A stretch of DNA of 32,000 nt, taken from Xanthomonas campestris pv. campestris str. ATCC 33913. Its GTDB lineage: Bacteria > Pseudomonadota > Gammaproteobacteria > Xanthomonadales > Xanthomonadaceae. Positions 1 through 8,147 of the stretch are shown in pieces. Position 1 is the stretch's first letter. Every line of letters begins with the position of its first letter. Position numbers and translations under genes: made by a program. The stretch spans positions 1,477,436 to 1,509,435 of the forward strand of contig NC_003902.1 in the NCBI RefSeq assembly GCF_000007145.1, read 5' to 3'. Below the pieces are notes generated by a model. That model did not search any database. It was not told where the DNA came from and was given only the letters and a program-made list of their open reading frames with translations.

Positions 1-477
1 GCGATCAATGGCTACGCCATGGGCGGCGGCCTGGAATGCGCACTGGCCTGCGACCTGCGCATTGCCGAACAACAGGCGCACCTGGCATTGCCGGAAGCCA
101 GCGTCGGCTTGCTGCCGTGCGCCGGTGGGACGCAAAACCTGGCGCGGCTGGTAGGCGAGGGCTGGGCCAAGCGCATGATCCTGCTGGGCGAACGCATCGA
201 TGCCGCCACCGCGCAGCGCATCGGCCTGGTGGAAGAGGTGGTCGGCCCCGGCGAAGCACGCGCGCACGCCATCGCCTGGGCGCAACGCGCCGGCAAGCAA
301 AGCCCGCAGAGCGTGGCGGCGTGCAAGCGCCTGGTGCAAGCCACACGCCATGGCACGCACGCGGCCGCCTTGGTGGCAGAGCGCGAAGCTTTTGTGGACC
401 TGTTCGAACATCCCGACCAGCGCGAAGGTGTGGCCGCGTTCCTGGAAAAACGCGCGCCGCAGTGGAGCGATCACTGA
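1..477 (+). CDS. enoyl-CoA hydratase/isomerase (crotonase) family protein, 5' end cut by the window edge
   Basis: The frame is open from nt 1 (AINGYAMGGGLECALACDLRIA...). It carries the crotonase oxyanion-hole region and the ending REGVAAFLEKRAPQW typical of the family. Its stop overlaps the next ATG (TGATG at 475-479). Confidence 0.85.
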   Translation, partial: AINGYAMGGGLECALACDLRIAEQQAHLALPEASVGLLPCAGGTQNLARLVGEGWAKRMILLGERIDAATAQRIGLVEEVVGPGEARAHAIAWAQRAGKQSPQSVAACKRLVQATRHGTHAAALVAEREAFVDLFEHPDQREGVAAFLEKRAPQWSDH

Positions 478-1649
478 TGGTGGAAATAAACGCCTCCGAT
501 CATTCACCGGTGCTGTTCGAGCAACGTGCCTGCGCCGATGGTCACTCCATCGGCATCGCCACCTTGAACGCGCCCAAGACCCTCAACGGTCTGTCGTTGG
601 AGATGACGCGACTGCTGGACGCGCAACTACGTGCCTGGGCCGATGATGCGCAGATTGCCTGCGTGGTCTTGCGTGGCGCCGGTGAAAAGGCGTTCTGCGC
701 CGGTGGCGATCTGCATGGGCTGTACCAGAGCATGCGTGCGCATGCGGAGGCGGTGCCCGAGATCGCGCGGCGCGCTGCGCAGCCACAGGCCAACGCGCAT
801 GCCGCTGCGTTTTTCGAAGAGGAATACCGCCTCGACCATCGCATCCACACCTTTCCCAAGCCGGTGTTGTGCTGGGGGCACGGCATTGTGATGGGCGGCG
901 GCATCGGCTTGATGTCGGGTGCCAGCCATCGCGTGGTCACCGAGCGCTCGCGGCTGGCAATGCCGGAGATCAGCGTGGGATTGTTTCCGGACGTGGGCGG
1001 CAGCTGGTTGCTGCGCCGCGTGCCCCACGGCAGCGGTCTGTTTCTCGCGCTCAGCGGCGCACCGCTCAACGCCAGCGACGCCATCTACGCCGGACTGGCC
1101 GACGTGCGCCTGGAACATGTGCAATATGATGCGGTGCTGGATGCGCTGAGCGCGCATGCCTGGACCGGTGATGCCGCTCACGATCGCGCGCAGCTGGGCG
1201 CTTTCCTGCAGGGCCTGGCGCAGCCAGTGGAACCCGGCCCCTTGCAACTGCACGCTGCGCTGATCGCGAGCATCGTCTCGGCCGGCACGCTGCAGCAGGT
1301 TGCCGACGCGCTACTGGCACTGCAAAGCGAAGACGCCTGGCTGCAGGCCGCGCGCGCCACCTTTGCCGCTGGCGCGCCGGGTTCTGCACGGCTGGCGTGG
1401 GAGCTGCAGCGCCATCCCGGCACCACCACGCTGGCGGACGCGTTTCGCACCGAATACATGGTGGCGTTGCACGCAGCCGCGCATGGCGATTTCGCCGAAG
1501 GCATCCGTGCGTTGTTGATCGACAAGGATCGCCAGCCCGCATGGCAACCGCCAACGCTGGAACAGGCCGATGCGGCCTGGGCAGCCACCTTCTTCACTGC
1601 GCCGTGGCCGGCGGGACAGCACCGACTGGCCGACCTTGGCGCGCGTTAA
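477..1649 (+). CDS. 3-hydroxyisobutyryl-CoA hydrolase-type enoyl-CoA hydratase/isomerase family protein (390 aa)
   Basis: The homologous part of ORF 36..1649 begins at MVEINASD (ATG 477). It has AFCAGGDL, FFEEEYRLDHRIHTFPKP, GIVMGGGIGL and MPEISVGLFPDVGGS, and a long C-terminal extension typical of HIBCH-like hydrolases. It sits between a crotonase and mmsB. Confidence 0.8.
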   Translation: MVEINASDHSPVLFEQRACADGHSIGIATLNAPKTLNGLSLEMTRLLDAQLRAWADDAQIACVVLRGAGEKAFCAGGDLHGLYQSMRAHAEAVPEIARRAAQPQANAHAAAFFEEEYRLDHRIHTFPKPVLCWGHGIVMGGGIGLMSGASHRVVTERSRLAMPEISVGLFPDVGGSWLLRRVPHGSGLFLALSGAPLNASDAIYAGLADVRLEHVQYDAVLDALSAHAWTGDAAHDRAQLGAFLQGLAQPVEPGPLQLHAALIASIVSAGTLQQVADALLALQSEDAWLQAARATFAAGAPGSARLAWELQRHPGTTTLADAFRTEYMVALHAAAHGDFAEGIRALLIDKDRQPAWQPPTLEQADAAWAATFFTAPWPAGQHRLADLGAR

Positions 1650-1665
1650 TCCGGAGAGCAACTGC

Positions 1666-2553
1666 ATGAGCAAGATCGCTTTTATCGGCCTGGGCAACAT
1701 GGGCGGGCCGATGGTCGCCAACCTGATCAAGGCCGGGCACGAGCTGCGTGTGTTCGACCTGGTGCACAGTGCATTGGATACCGCACATGCCGCCGGCGCG
1801 CAGGTGGCCAGTTCCGCAAGCGACACCCTGCACGGCGCGGAGGTCGTCATCTCCATGTTGCCTGCCAGCAAGCACGTGGAAGGGCTGTATCTGGGCGATG
1901 CCGGCATCCTTGCGCACATTCCCGCCGGCGCGTTGGTGATCGATTGCAGCACCATTGCGCCGGCAATGGCACGCACGGTGGCCACTGCTGCGCATGCGCG
2001 CGGCCTGGACATGCTGGATGCGCCGGTGTCCGGCGGCACTGCTGGCGCGGCAGCCGGCACACTCACCTTCATCGTGGGCGGCGCTGCACAGGCGCTGGAA
2101 CGCGCGCGTCCGGTGCTGCAGGCGATGGGCAAGAACCTCTTCCACGTCGGCGACAACGGCGCCGGGCAGGTGGCCAAGCTGTGCAACAACATGGCGTTGG
2201 GTGTGATCATGGCCGCCACCGGCGAAGCCATCGCGCTGGGCGTGGCGCAGGGGCTCGACCCGGCGGTGTTGTCGCAGATGATGGCGGTCAGCACCGGGCG
2301 CAGCTGGGCCACCGAGGTCTGCAACCCGTGGCCCGGTGTGCTGGAGAACGCACCCGCCTCGCGCGGCTACAGCGGCGGTTTTGGCAATGACCTCATGCTC
2401 AAGGACCTGGGCCTGGTCGCCGAGGCCGCGGTGCAGGCGGGCGCATCGATTCCGCTGGGTGAGCTGGCGCGCAACCTCTACGCCATGAACAGCCGGGCTG
2501 GCAATGGCGCGCTGGATTTCTCCAGCGTGGTCAAGCTGGTGGCCAAGGTGTGA
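1666..2553 (+). CDS. mmsB: 3-hydroxyisobutyrate dehydrogenase (295 aa)
   Basis: The N-terminus MSKIAFIGLGNMGGPMVANL is a Rossmann motif. GGAGAG lies 8 nt upstream of ATG 1666. The sequence is beta-hydroxyacid dehydrogenase-like throughout (DAPVSGG, GAGQVAKLCNN). The context is valine catabolism. Confidence 0.85.
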   Translation: MSKIAFIGLGNMGGPMVANLIKAGHELRVFDLVHSALDTAHAAGAQVASSASDTLHGAEVVISMLPASKHVEGLYLGDAGILAHIPAGALVIDCSTIAPAMARTVATAAHARGLDMLDAPVSGGTAGAAAGTLTFIVGGAAQALERARPVLQAMGKNLFHVGDNGAGQVAKLCNNMALGVIMAATGEAIALGVAQGLDPAVLSQMMAVSTGRSWATEVCNPWPGVLENAPASRGYSGGFGNDLMLKDLGLVAEAAVQAGASIPLGELARNLYAMNSRAGNGALDFSSVVKLVAKV

Positions 2554-3016
2554 GGGCAGCTGATAAAGCTGGTACGCCCACCGCCAAGTGTGCGTTGCTG
2601 GCCCTGTCACCGGCATCCGTCTTGTAGGTGATCGAACGGAGCGGCGTAGGGGGCAGAGCGACGATCTGCGGCCTGGCTGCGAGGCTCTTGCCCGCCCACC
2701 ATCGCGGGACACGCCGCAAGTCCCTCCCTGTAGGTTCTTATGCGCCATCCATGCCGCATGAGGTCACGCGACGGTGCGTGCAAGGACCTGTCGAGATGGT
2801 CGGTACGCATGCTTGCAAGCAGTGCAGCCGTCTGAGGACGGGCGGTCTGGTCAGCCTCTTCATCCGAGCAATGTCACTGTTGATACGACATCACTCCACC
2901 CGCCAATGAAGGCAGCGTGGTCAGCACGTGCCGCCATTGCGACGGTGTGCGAGAGCTTTCGTTAGCCGCCCCAGGTTGCTATCCGGCCTGGGCAATAAGG
3001 AGCAGCGCCGCCCTCA

Positions 3017-3048
3017 CGTGATGTGATCTCATCACGCGCCGGTGTAAT
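3017..3048 (+). promoter_or_regulatory. candidate promoter/operator of the CDF exporter: 20-bp inverted repeat plus a -10-like TGTAAT
   Basis: CGTGATG-tgatct-CATCACG is a perfect 7+7 inverted repeat at 3017-3036. TGTAAT (5/6 match to TATAAT) lies at 3043-3048, about 55 nt upstream of ATG 3104. No good -35 is present. Confidence 0.3.
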
Positions 3049-3103
3049 AGTCTCCGCAACCGCGTGGCCCTAAGGTGCGCGCATTGCACAAGGCCGACAC
3101 CCC

Positions 3104-4069
3104 ATGGGACACGATCACAGCCACGCACCCAGCGAAATCCGCCACGAAACACCGCTCTGGTGGGCGCTGGCTCTCACCGCCACCTTCCTCGTTGCCGAAG
3201 TCATCGGCGCGTTCGTGTCCAACAGTCTGGCGCTGTTGTCGGATGCGGCGCACATGGCGACCGACACCTTGGGATTGATGATCGCACTGGTCGCGGTCCG
3301 GCTCAGCCGGCGCCCGGCAGACGCGCGTCGTACCTACGGTTACGTGCGCCTTGAAGCGCTGGGTGCATTGGTCAATGGCGCGCTGCTGTTCGGCGTGGGC
3401 GCCTATATCCTCTGGGAAGCCGCGCAACGGTTTCGCGCACCGCAGGATATTTCCTCCAACGGCATGCTGCTGATCGCCGGGCTGGGCCTGGTGATCAACC
3501 TGATCGCGATGAAGCTGCTGCACGCCGGCAGTGGCGAAAGCCTCAACGTCAAGGGCGCGTATCTGGAAGTCTGGAGCGACATGCTCGGCTCGGTCGCGGT
3601 GATCATCGGCGCCTTGCTGATCCGGTGGACTGGCTGGCAGTGGATCGACCCAGTGCTGGCGGTGCTGATCGGCCTATGGGTATTGCCGCGCACCTGGGTG
3701 TTGCTGCGCGAAGCCATCAATGTGCTGCTGGAAGGCGTGCCGAAAGGCGTGGATCTCGCCCAGGTACGCCAAGCCCTGACCGGGCACCCGGACGTGGACG
3801 ACGTGCATGATCTGCACGTCTGGGCCCTGGCCTCCAGCACCCCGGCCTTGACGGCCCACGTGGTGGTTGGCGAAACGATCGACCGCGACCGCCTGCGTCA
3901 AACGCTGGGCGAACTGCTGCACGACCGCTTCGACATCGCGCACGTCACCTTGCAGGTGGAGAGCGGCGATTGCGGAGCCGATCCGTGCGGCACGCCTTCC
4001 ACGCCGGCTGCTGCGGGCGAGGCGCATAGTCATGCGCATGGCCAGGGCGCGCATCATCATTCCCACTAG
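3104..4069 (+). CDS. czcD: cation diffusion facilitator (CDF) family Zn/Co/Cd efflux transporter (321 aa)
   Basis: It has a His-rich N-terminus (MGHDHSHAP) and C-terminus (HSHAHGQGAHHHSH). Six hydrophobic segments are present. The HxxxD motif (AAHMATD) and a C-terminal cytoplasmic domain (VHDLHVW...AHV) are typical of CzcD/ZitB. Confidence 0.9.
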   Translation: MGHDHSHAPSEIRHETPLWWALALTATFLVAEVIGAFVSNSLALLSDAAHMATDTLGLMIALVAVRLSRRPADARRTYGYVRLEALGALVNGALLFGVGAYILWEAAQRFRAPQDISSNGMLLIAGLGLVINLIAMKLLHAGSGESLNVKGAYLEVWSDMLGSVAVIIGALLIRWTGWQWIDPVLAVLIGLWVLPRTWVLLREAINVLLEGVPKGVDLAQVRQALTGHPDVDDVHDLHVWALASSTPALTAHVVVGETIDRDRLRQTLGELLHDRFDIAHVTLQVESGDCGADPCGTPSTPAAAGEAHSHAHGQGAHHHSH

Positions 4070-4212
4070 CATGCCTCCTGCGCACAGCACACGCAGTTAG
4101 CCAACAAATAACGACGAATGCCGTGCCGCGCAGGAAAGCACGATTGCTTTGCAGCCAGGCAGCTGTGCGCTCGCAATACGCTCACTCAACCGATCCTGCG
4201 CGGCGGTTAAAA

Positions 4213-4238
4213 AAAACGCCACTGCGTAGTGGCGTTTT
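4213..4238. terminator. bidirectional rho-independent terminator between convergent czcD-like and fadB-like genes
   Basis: The hairpin is AAAACGCCACT-gcgt-AGTGGCGTTTT. On the minus strand it is followed by an 8-T run, 14 nt after the fadB-like stop. On the plus strand it is followed by TTTTGGGTT. Confidence 0.75.
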
Positions 4239-4251
4239 GGGTTGAGATCTT

Positions 4252-6336
4252 TTATGCCACCGGCTCCCGCAACACTGGCGACTCCCAACCCGGCCGCGGT
4301 ACAAACCGCTCGCCATACCGCGCCTGCAAGGCATGCAGGCGGGCCAGCAGCGCGTCTGCACCGACGCTGCGGATGTGCTGGATCGGGCCGCCGCGGAAGG
4401 GCGCAAAGCCGGTGCCGAAGATCACGCCGGCATCGAGCAGGTCCGCATCGGCCACCACGCCTTCGTGCAGGCAGGCCACCGCTTCGTTGAGCAATGGCAG
4501 GATCAGGCGGTCTTCCAGGTCTGTCGGCACCTCGTAGCCGCTGGCAACTTCGGGTTTGACCGCGCGGCCGTTTTCCCATTTGTACAAGCCCTGGCCGTCC
4601 TTCTTGCCGCGCTTGCCGGCCTCCACCGTGGCCAGTGCTGCCGGGATCGGCAGGCCCAGGAACGGGGCGAGCTCCGCACCGACGCCGGCGGCCACGTCCA
4701 GGCCCACGGTGTCGATCAATTCGATCGGCCCCATCGGCATGCCGAACTTCACCGCGGTCTTGTCCAGCACCGGCCCGGGAATGCCCTCGGCATACGCGGT
4801 GGACGCTTCCAGCAAGTACGGGAACAGCACGCGGTTGACCAGGAACCCCGGCGTGCCGGCGACCGGCACCGGGAATTTGTCCAGCGCCTTGCAGAACGCG
4901 GCCAGCCGCGCCACGTTGGCCGGATCCAGCCCGTCGTGCTGCACGATTTCCACCAGCGGCATCATCGCCACCGGGTTGAAATAGTGCAGGCCGGCAAACT
5001 GTGCCGGGCGCTGGATGTGCCCACGCAATTCGGTCAACGGGATCGAGGAGGTGTTGGTGGTGAGTAGCGCATCCGGCTTGAGGTGCGGCTCGATGCTCTG
5101 ATACAGGTCGCGCTTGGCTTGCGGGTTTTCGATGATCGCTTCAATGATCAGATCCGCCTGCGCCACGCCGCTGCCGGCCAGATCGCCGCGCAGACGTGCG
5201 GCCACGGCGGGGCGCTTGGTCTCGTCCTTTACGCGCTTGCCAAATAGTTCGCCGCCGCGCGCAAGGGCGGTATCGATGAAGCGCTGTTCGCGGTCCTGCA
5301 GCGTGACTTCAAAGCCCTTGTAGGCGGCCCACGCCGCGATATCACCGCCCATCACGCCGGCACCGACGACATGCACGTGGCGGATGGCGGGCAAGCCGGT
5401 GTCCTTGCCGCCAAGGGCCTTGAGCCGCTCGGTCAGGAAGAAGATGCGGATCAGATTGCGCGCTGCCGGCGTACTGGCAAGCTTGACCACTGCCTTGCGC
5501 TCGGCCGCCAGGCGGGCCTGGATCCCGCCGCCACCGGCGCGCTCCCACGTGGTGATCAACGCATACGGCGCGGGATAGTGTTCCTTGCGGGCCTTGCGCG
5601 CGACCTGCTTGCGCATCTGCGGTGCCAGCAGCTTGCGTGCGAGCAGAGTGTTGGTCGCCCAGGCGGTGGCGCGTTGCTTGAACGGGCGCGTGGTGCCGGC
5701 CAATGCCAGCGCCGCAGCCACATCCACCAGCACCGCCGGTGCGGCAACCTTGTCGACCAGGCCCATCGCCCGCGCAGCCTTGGCCGACACCGTGCGCCCG
5801 GTGAGCATCAAGTCCATTGCCGCCGGTGCCCCGATCAGGCGCGGCAAGCGGGCGCTGCCGCCCCAGCCGGGAAAGATGCCGAGCTTGGTTTCCGGCAGCC
5901 CGATGCGCGTGCTGCCATCGTCGGAGGCCACCCGGTAGCGGCAGGCCAGTGCAATCTCGGTGCCGCCGCCCATGCAGAAGCCGTGGATGGCGGCCACCGT
6001 GGGGCAGGGCAGCTCGGCCAGTTTCTGGAACACCTGCTGGCCGCGCCGAATTGCGTCGTTGACGGTGCCGCGGCGGTCGAATTCCTGGAATTCCTTCAGG
6101 TCGGCGCCGGCGATGAAGCCATTGGCCTTGGCCGAGCGCAGCACCACGCCCTTGGGCGGATCCAGTGCCAGGCGTTCGATGACATCGCCCAGTTCGAGCA
6201 GCACGTCCTGCGAGAAGGCATTGACCGCTGCGCCCTGGCGGTCGAGGCTGAGCACGAGCACGCCGTCCTCGCGCAGGTCTGCCTGCCAATGGCTGAATCG
6301 GAGCCCGTCGAAACCTGGAAGCATGCGGTTGGCCAT
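4252..6336 (-). CDS. bifunctional enoyl-CoA hydratase / 3-hydroxyacyl-CoA dehydrogenase (FadB/FadJ-like, 694 aa)
   Basis: The N-terminal crotonase domain has FIAGADLKEF and GFCMGGGTEIALAC. The central NAD-binding domain has VHVVGAGVMGGDIA. A 3-hydroxyacyl-CoA dehydrogenase C-terminal domain follows. No thiolase gene is adjacent. Confidence 0.9.
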   Translation of the reverse strand: MANRMLPGFDGLRFSHWQADLREDGVLVLSLDRQGAAVNAFSQDVLLELGDVIERLALDPPKGVVLRSAKANGFIAGADLKEFQEFDRRGTVNDAIRRGQQVFQKLAELPCPTVAAIHGFCMGGGTEIALACRYRVASDDGSTRIGLPETKLGIFPGWGGSARLPRLIGAPAAMDLMLTGRTVSAKAARAMGLVDKVAAPAVLVDVAAALALAGTTRPFKQRATAWATNTLLARKLLAPQMRKQVARKARKEHYPAPYALITTWERAGGGGIQARLAAERKAVVKLASTPAARNLIRIFFLTERLKALGGKDTGLPAIRHVHVVGAGVMGGDIAAWAAYKGFEVTLQDREQRFIDTALARGGELFGKRVKDETKRPAVAARLRGDLAGSGVAQADLIIEAIIENPQAKRDLYQSIEPHLKPDALLTTNTSSIPLTELRGHIQRPAQFAGLHYFNPVAMMPLVEIVQHDGLDPANVARLAAFCKALDKFPVPVAGTPGFLVNRVLFPYLLEASTAYAEGIPGPVLDKTAVKFGMPMGPIELIDTVGLDVAAGVGAELAPFLGLPIPAALATVEAGKRGKKDGQGLYKWENGRAVKPEVASGYEVPTDLEDRLILPLLNEAVACLHEGVVADADLLDAGVIFGTGFAPFRGGPIQHIRSVGADALLARLHALQARYGERFVPRPGWESPVLREPVA

Positions 6337-6493
6337 CCGGCGATATAAGGAAAGGCCGTTATCATCCAGAGGTTGTTTCCTTCACGTCAAATACCCATAC
6401 CTGTCGCAGGACCGTGCCGGCCCAGTGCAAGGCGTCGCCAGCGACACGTCGGCGCCGCTGTTTGCGGCAGCGCTGCGATCGTTTGGATCGGTA

Positions 6494-6521
6494 GGAACTT
6501 TTCTTTTCAATGGCGGTCTCA
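6494..6521 (+). promoter_or_regulatory. sigma-E (ECF) type autoregulatory promoter upstream of rpoE
   Basis: GGAACTT (6494-6500), a 15-nt spacer, then GTCTCA (6516-6521). This matches the GGAACTT-N15/16-(G)TCnnA pattern of RpoE/AlgU-dependent promoters. It lies about 40 nt upstream of ATG 6561. Confidence 0.6.
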
Positions 6522-6560
6522 TTGCCCGACTTCGGTGGGCAGACAGGAGTGCGGCCCGAC

Positions 6561-7181
6561 ATGGCCGAAGTCGATACACCTCAGGAGCTGGATCTGGAAC
6601 TGGTCCGGCGTGTGCAGCGCGGCGAGAGCGCGGCGTTCGATGTGTTGGTGCGCAAGTACCAGCACCGGATCGTCGCCCTGATCGGGCGCTACATCGCCGA
6701 CTGGAGCGAATGCCAGGACGTGGCCCAGGATACGTTTGTGCGCGCTTACCGCGCGATCAACAGTTTTCGTGGCGACGCCCAGTTCTATACGTGGCTGCAC
6801 CGCATTGCCGTGAACACTGCCAAGAACCACCTGGTTGCGCACAATCGCCGCCCGCCCACCGATGACATCGACGTCAGCGACGCCGAACAATTCGATGGTG
6901 CGACCCGCTTGCGCGACACCGACACCCCGGAGCGCGAATTGATGCGACAGGAGCTGGAACAAACGGTGATGCGTGCGGTCCAAGCCTTGCCGGAAGAACT
7001 CCGGTCGGCCATCACCCTGCGCGAGGTGGAAGGGCTGAGTTACGAGGAGATCGCGCGAAAGATGGATTGCCCGATCGGAACGGTGCGCTCGCGCATCTTC
7101 CGGGCGCGCGAGGCCATCGACATCGAGCTACGGCCTCTGCTGGAGACCGAAAGCGCTACCCGTGAGCGACACCGTGTATGA
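6561..7181 (+). CDS. rpoE: ECF RNA polymerase sigma factor sigma-E (RpoE/AlgU, 206 aa)
   Basis: MAEVDTPQELDLELVRRVQRGESAAFDVLVRKYQHRI..., with region 2 (DVAQDTFVRAY) and region 4 (LSYEEIARKMDCPIGTVRSRIFRAREA). AGGAG lies 11 nt upstream of ATG 6561, which I prefer over ORF-track start 6510. ATGA overlap with the next gene. Confidence 0.9.
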   Translation: MAEVDTPQELDLELVRRVQRGESAAFDVLVRKYQHRIVALIGRYIADWSECQDVAQDTFVRAYRAINSFRGDAQFYTWLHRIAVNTAKNHLVAHNRRPPTDDIDVSDAEQFDGATRLRDTDTPERELMRQELEQTVMRAVQALPEELRSAITLREVEGLSYEEIARKMDCPIGTVRSRIFRAREAIDIELRPLLETESATRERHRV

Positions 7182-8038
7182 CCAATAACCCTGACATGTC
7201 CACCACCGACAAGTTCGAACGTCATTATCGCCAGCAGCTGTCCGCGCTGGTGGATGGCGAGCTGAGTGCCGAGGAGTCGCGCTTTTTGCTGCGGCGCCTG
7301 GCCCATGACGAAGAGTTGGCCGGCTGCCAGGAGCGCTGGCAGCTCTGCGGCGATGTGCTGCGCGGCGCGGCAAGTGCCCCGGCGCCGCTGGATTTCACCG
7401 CCAAGGTGCGCGCTGCCGTGGCCGAAGAACCGGCACCTGCCGCGGCGCCCGCTGCACGCCCTGCGGCGCGCTGGCGTTGGGGGGGCGGTGCTGCGTTGGC
7501 GGCATCGGTCGCCGCGATCGCCTTGTTCGTGTCCCGCGAACGGCTGCCTGAGGTGGCCGCGCCCGCGCCCGCCGAGCAGGTGTTCGCCACCACCGCACAG
7601 CTACCCGCATCCACTCCCGCCCCACAGGCGCCGAAGGCCCCGGATGCGCCGGACGACGTGGTTGCCCTGGCGGCGGCCGTGCCCGCGGCGGCGCTGGCCT
7701 CGGCCCGGCGTGGCGCGGCGACCCGCAATCAGCAGGTCGCTCGCAGCGTGGCGGCGCGCAACCAGCAGGCACCGGCCCGGATGGTGGCCTCGGCTGCGGC
7801 CCCGGCTGCAACGCCCGCGGTCGCCTCGCCGGCGGCAGCAAACCCGTTCACGCATCCTGAAGCCACGCTGCAGGCCCGCCCGTGGCCACGCGCCGCACTG
7901 GCGGGGTCGGGCGAAAGCCCGCTCAACGCCAGCTTCAGTCAAAGCCGGCAGGCGCCAGCGTTCTATCCGTTCGAGCCCGCCCCGCAGGCGGCCGCTGCGG
8001 CAGGCCGAGCACAGCCAGCTCCGCCGCCGCAGGACTGA
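7178..8038 (+). CDS. anti-sigma-E factor (RseA/MucA-like, 286 aa)
   Basis: Translationally coupled to rpoE by ATGA at 7178-7181. The N-terminal anti-sigma domain is QQLSALVDGELSAEESRFLLRRLAHDEELAGCQERWQLCGDVLRG. One TM segment is present (GGGAALAASVAAIALFV). The periplasmic tail is long and Ala/Pro-rich. Confidence 0.8.
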   Translation: MTNNPDMSTTDKFERHYRQQLSALVDGELSAEESRFLLRRLAHDEELAGCQERWQLCGDVLRGAASAPAPLDFTAKVRAAVAEEPAPAAAPAARPAARWRWGGGAALAASVAAIALFVSRERLPEVAAPAPAEQVFATTAQLPASTPAPQAPKAPDAPDDVVALAAAVPAAALASARRGAATRNQQVARSVAARNQQAPARMVASAAAPAATPAVASPAAANPFTHPEATLQARPWPRAALAGSGESPLNASFSQSRQAPAFYPFEPAPQAAAAAGRAQPAPPPQD

Positions 8039-8147
8039 TGTTCTCGCCGTTTCTCACCCGTTCGGCATCCATGCTCCCGTTACCGTGTCCGGCCCTTGCA
8101 ACTGCTCGGGTCTGGGCCCTTGTCGCCCTGCCATCGGAGGCAACCTG

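Noticed and set aside
36-476. The N-terminal 147 codons of ORF 36..1649, and similar 5' extensions at 1570, 14718, 18512, 19011, 19726, 23111, 24764 and 25603.
   Set aside because: These extensions overlap the preceding gene out of frame or are compositionally non-protein-like. Homology-like sequence and SD/start signals begin at the internal starts listed in the features.
8098-8127. A sigma-E-like promoter in front of mucD (GCAACT ... GTCGCC).
   Set aside because: The spacer is 18 nt, the -35 is a poor match, and the -10 lacks the terminal A. It is not comparable to the rpoE promoter match.
7266-8147. An 819-aa ORF (7266..9725) that would fuse an N-terminal extension onto the MucD/DegP protease across the anti-sigma gene.
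   Set aside because: The upstream 294 codons are a Pro/Arg-rich alternative-frame reading of the anti-sigma gene. A GGAGG SD, ATG 8148 and a signal peptide mark the real start.
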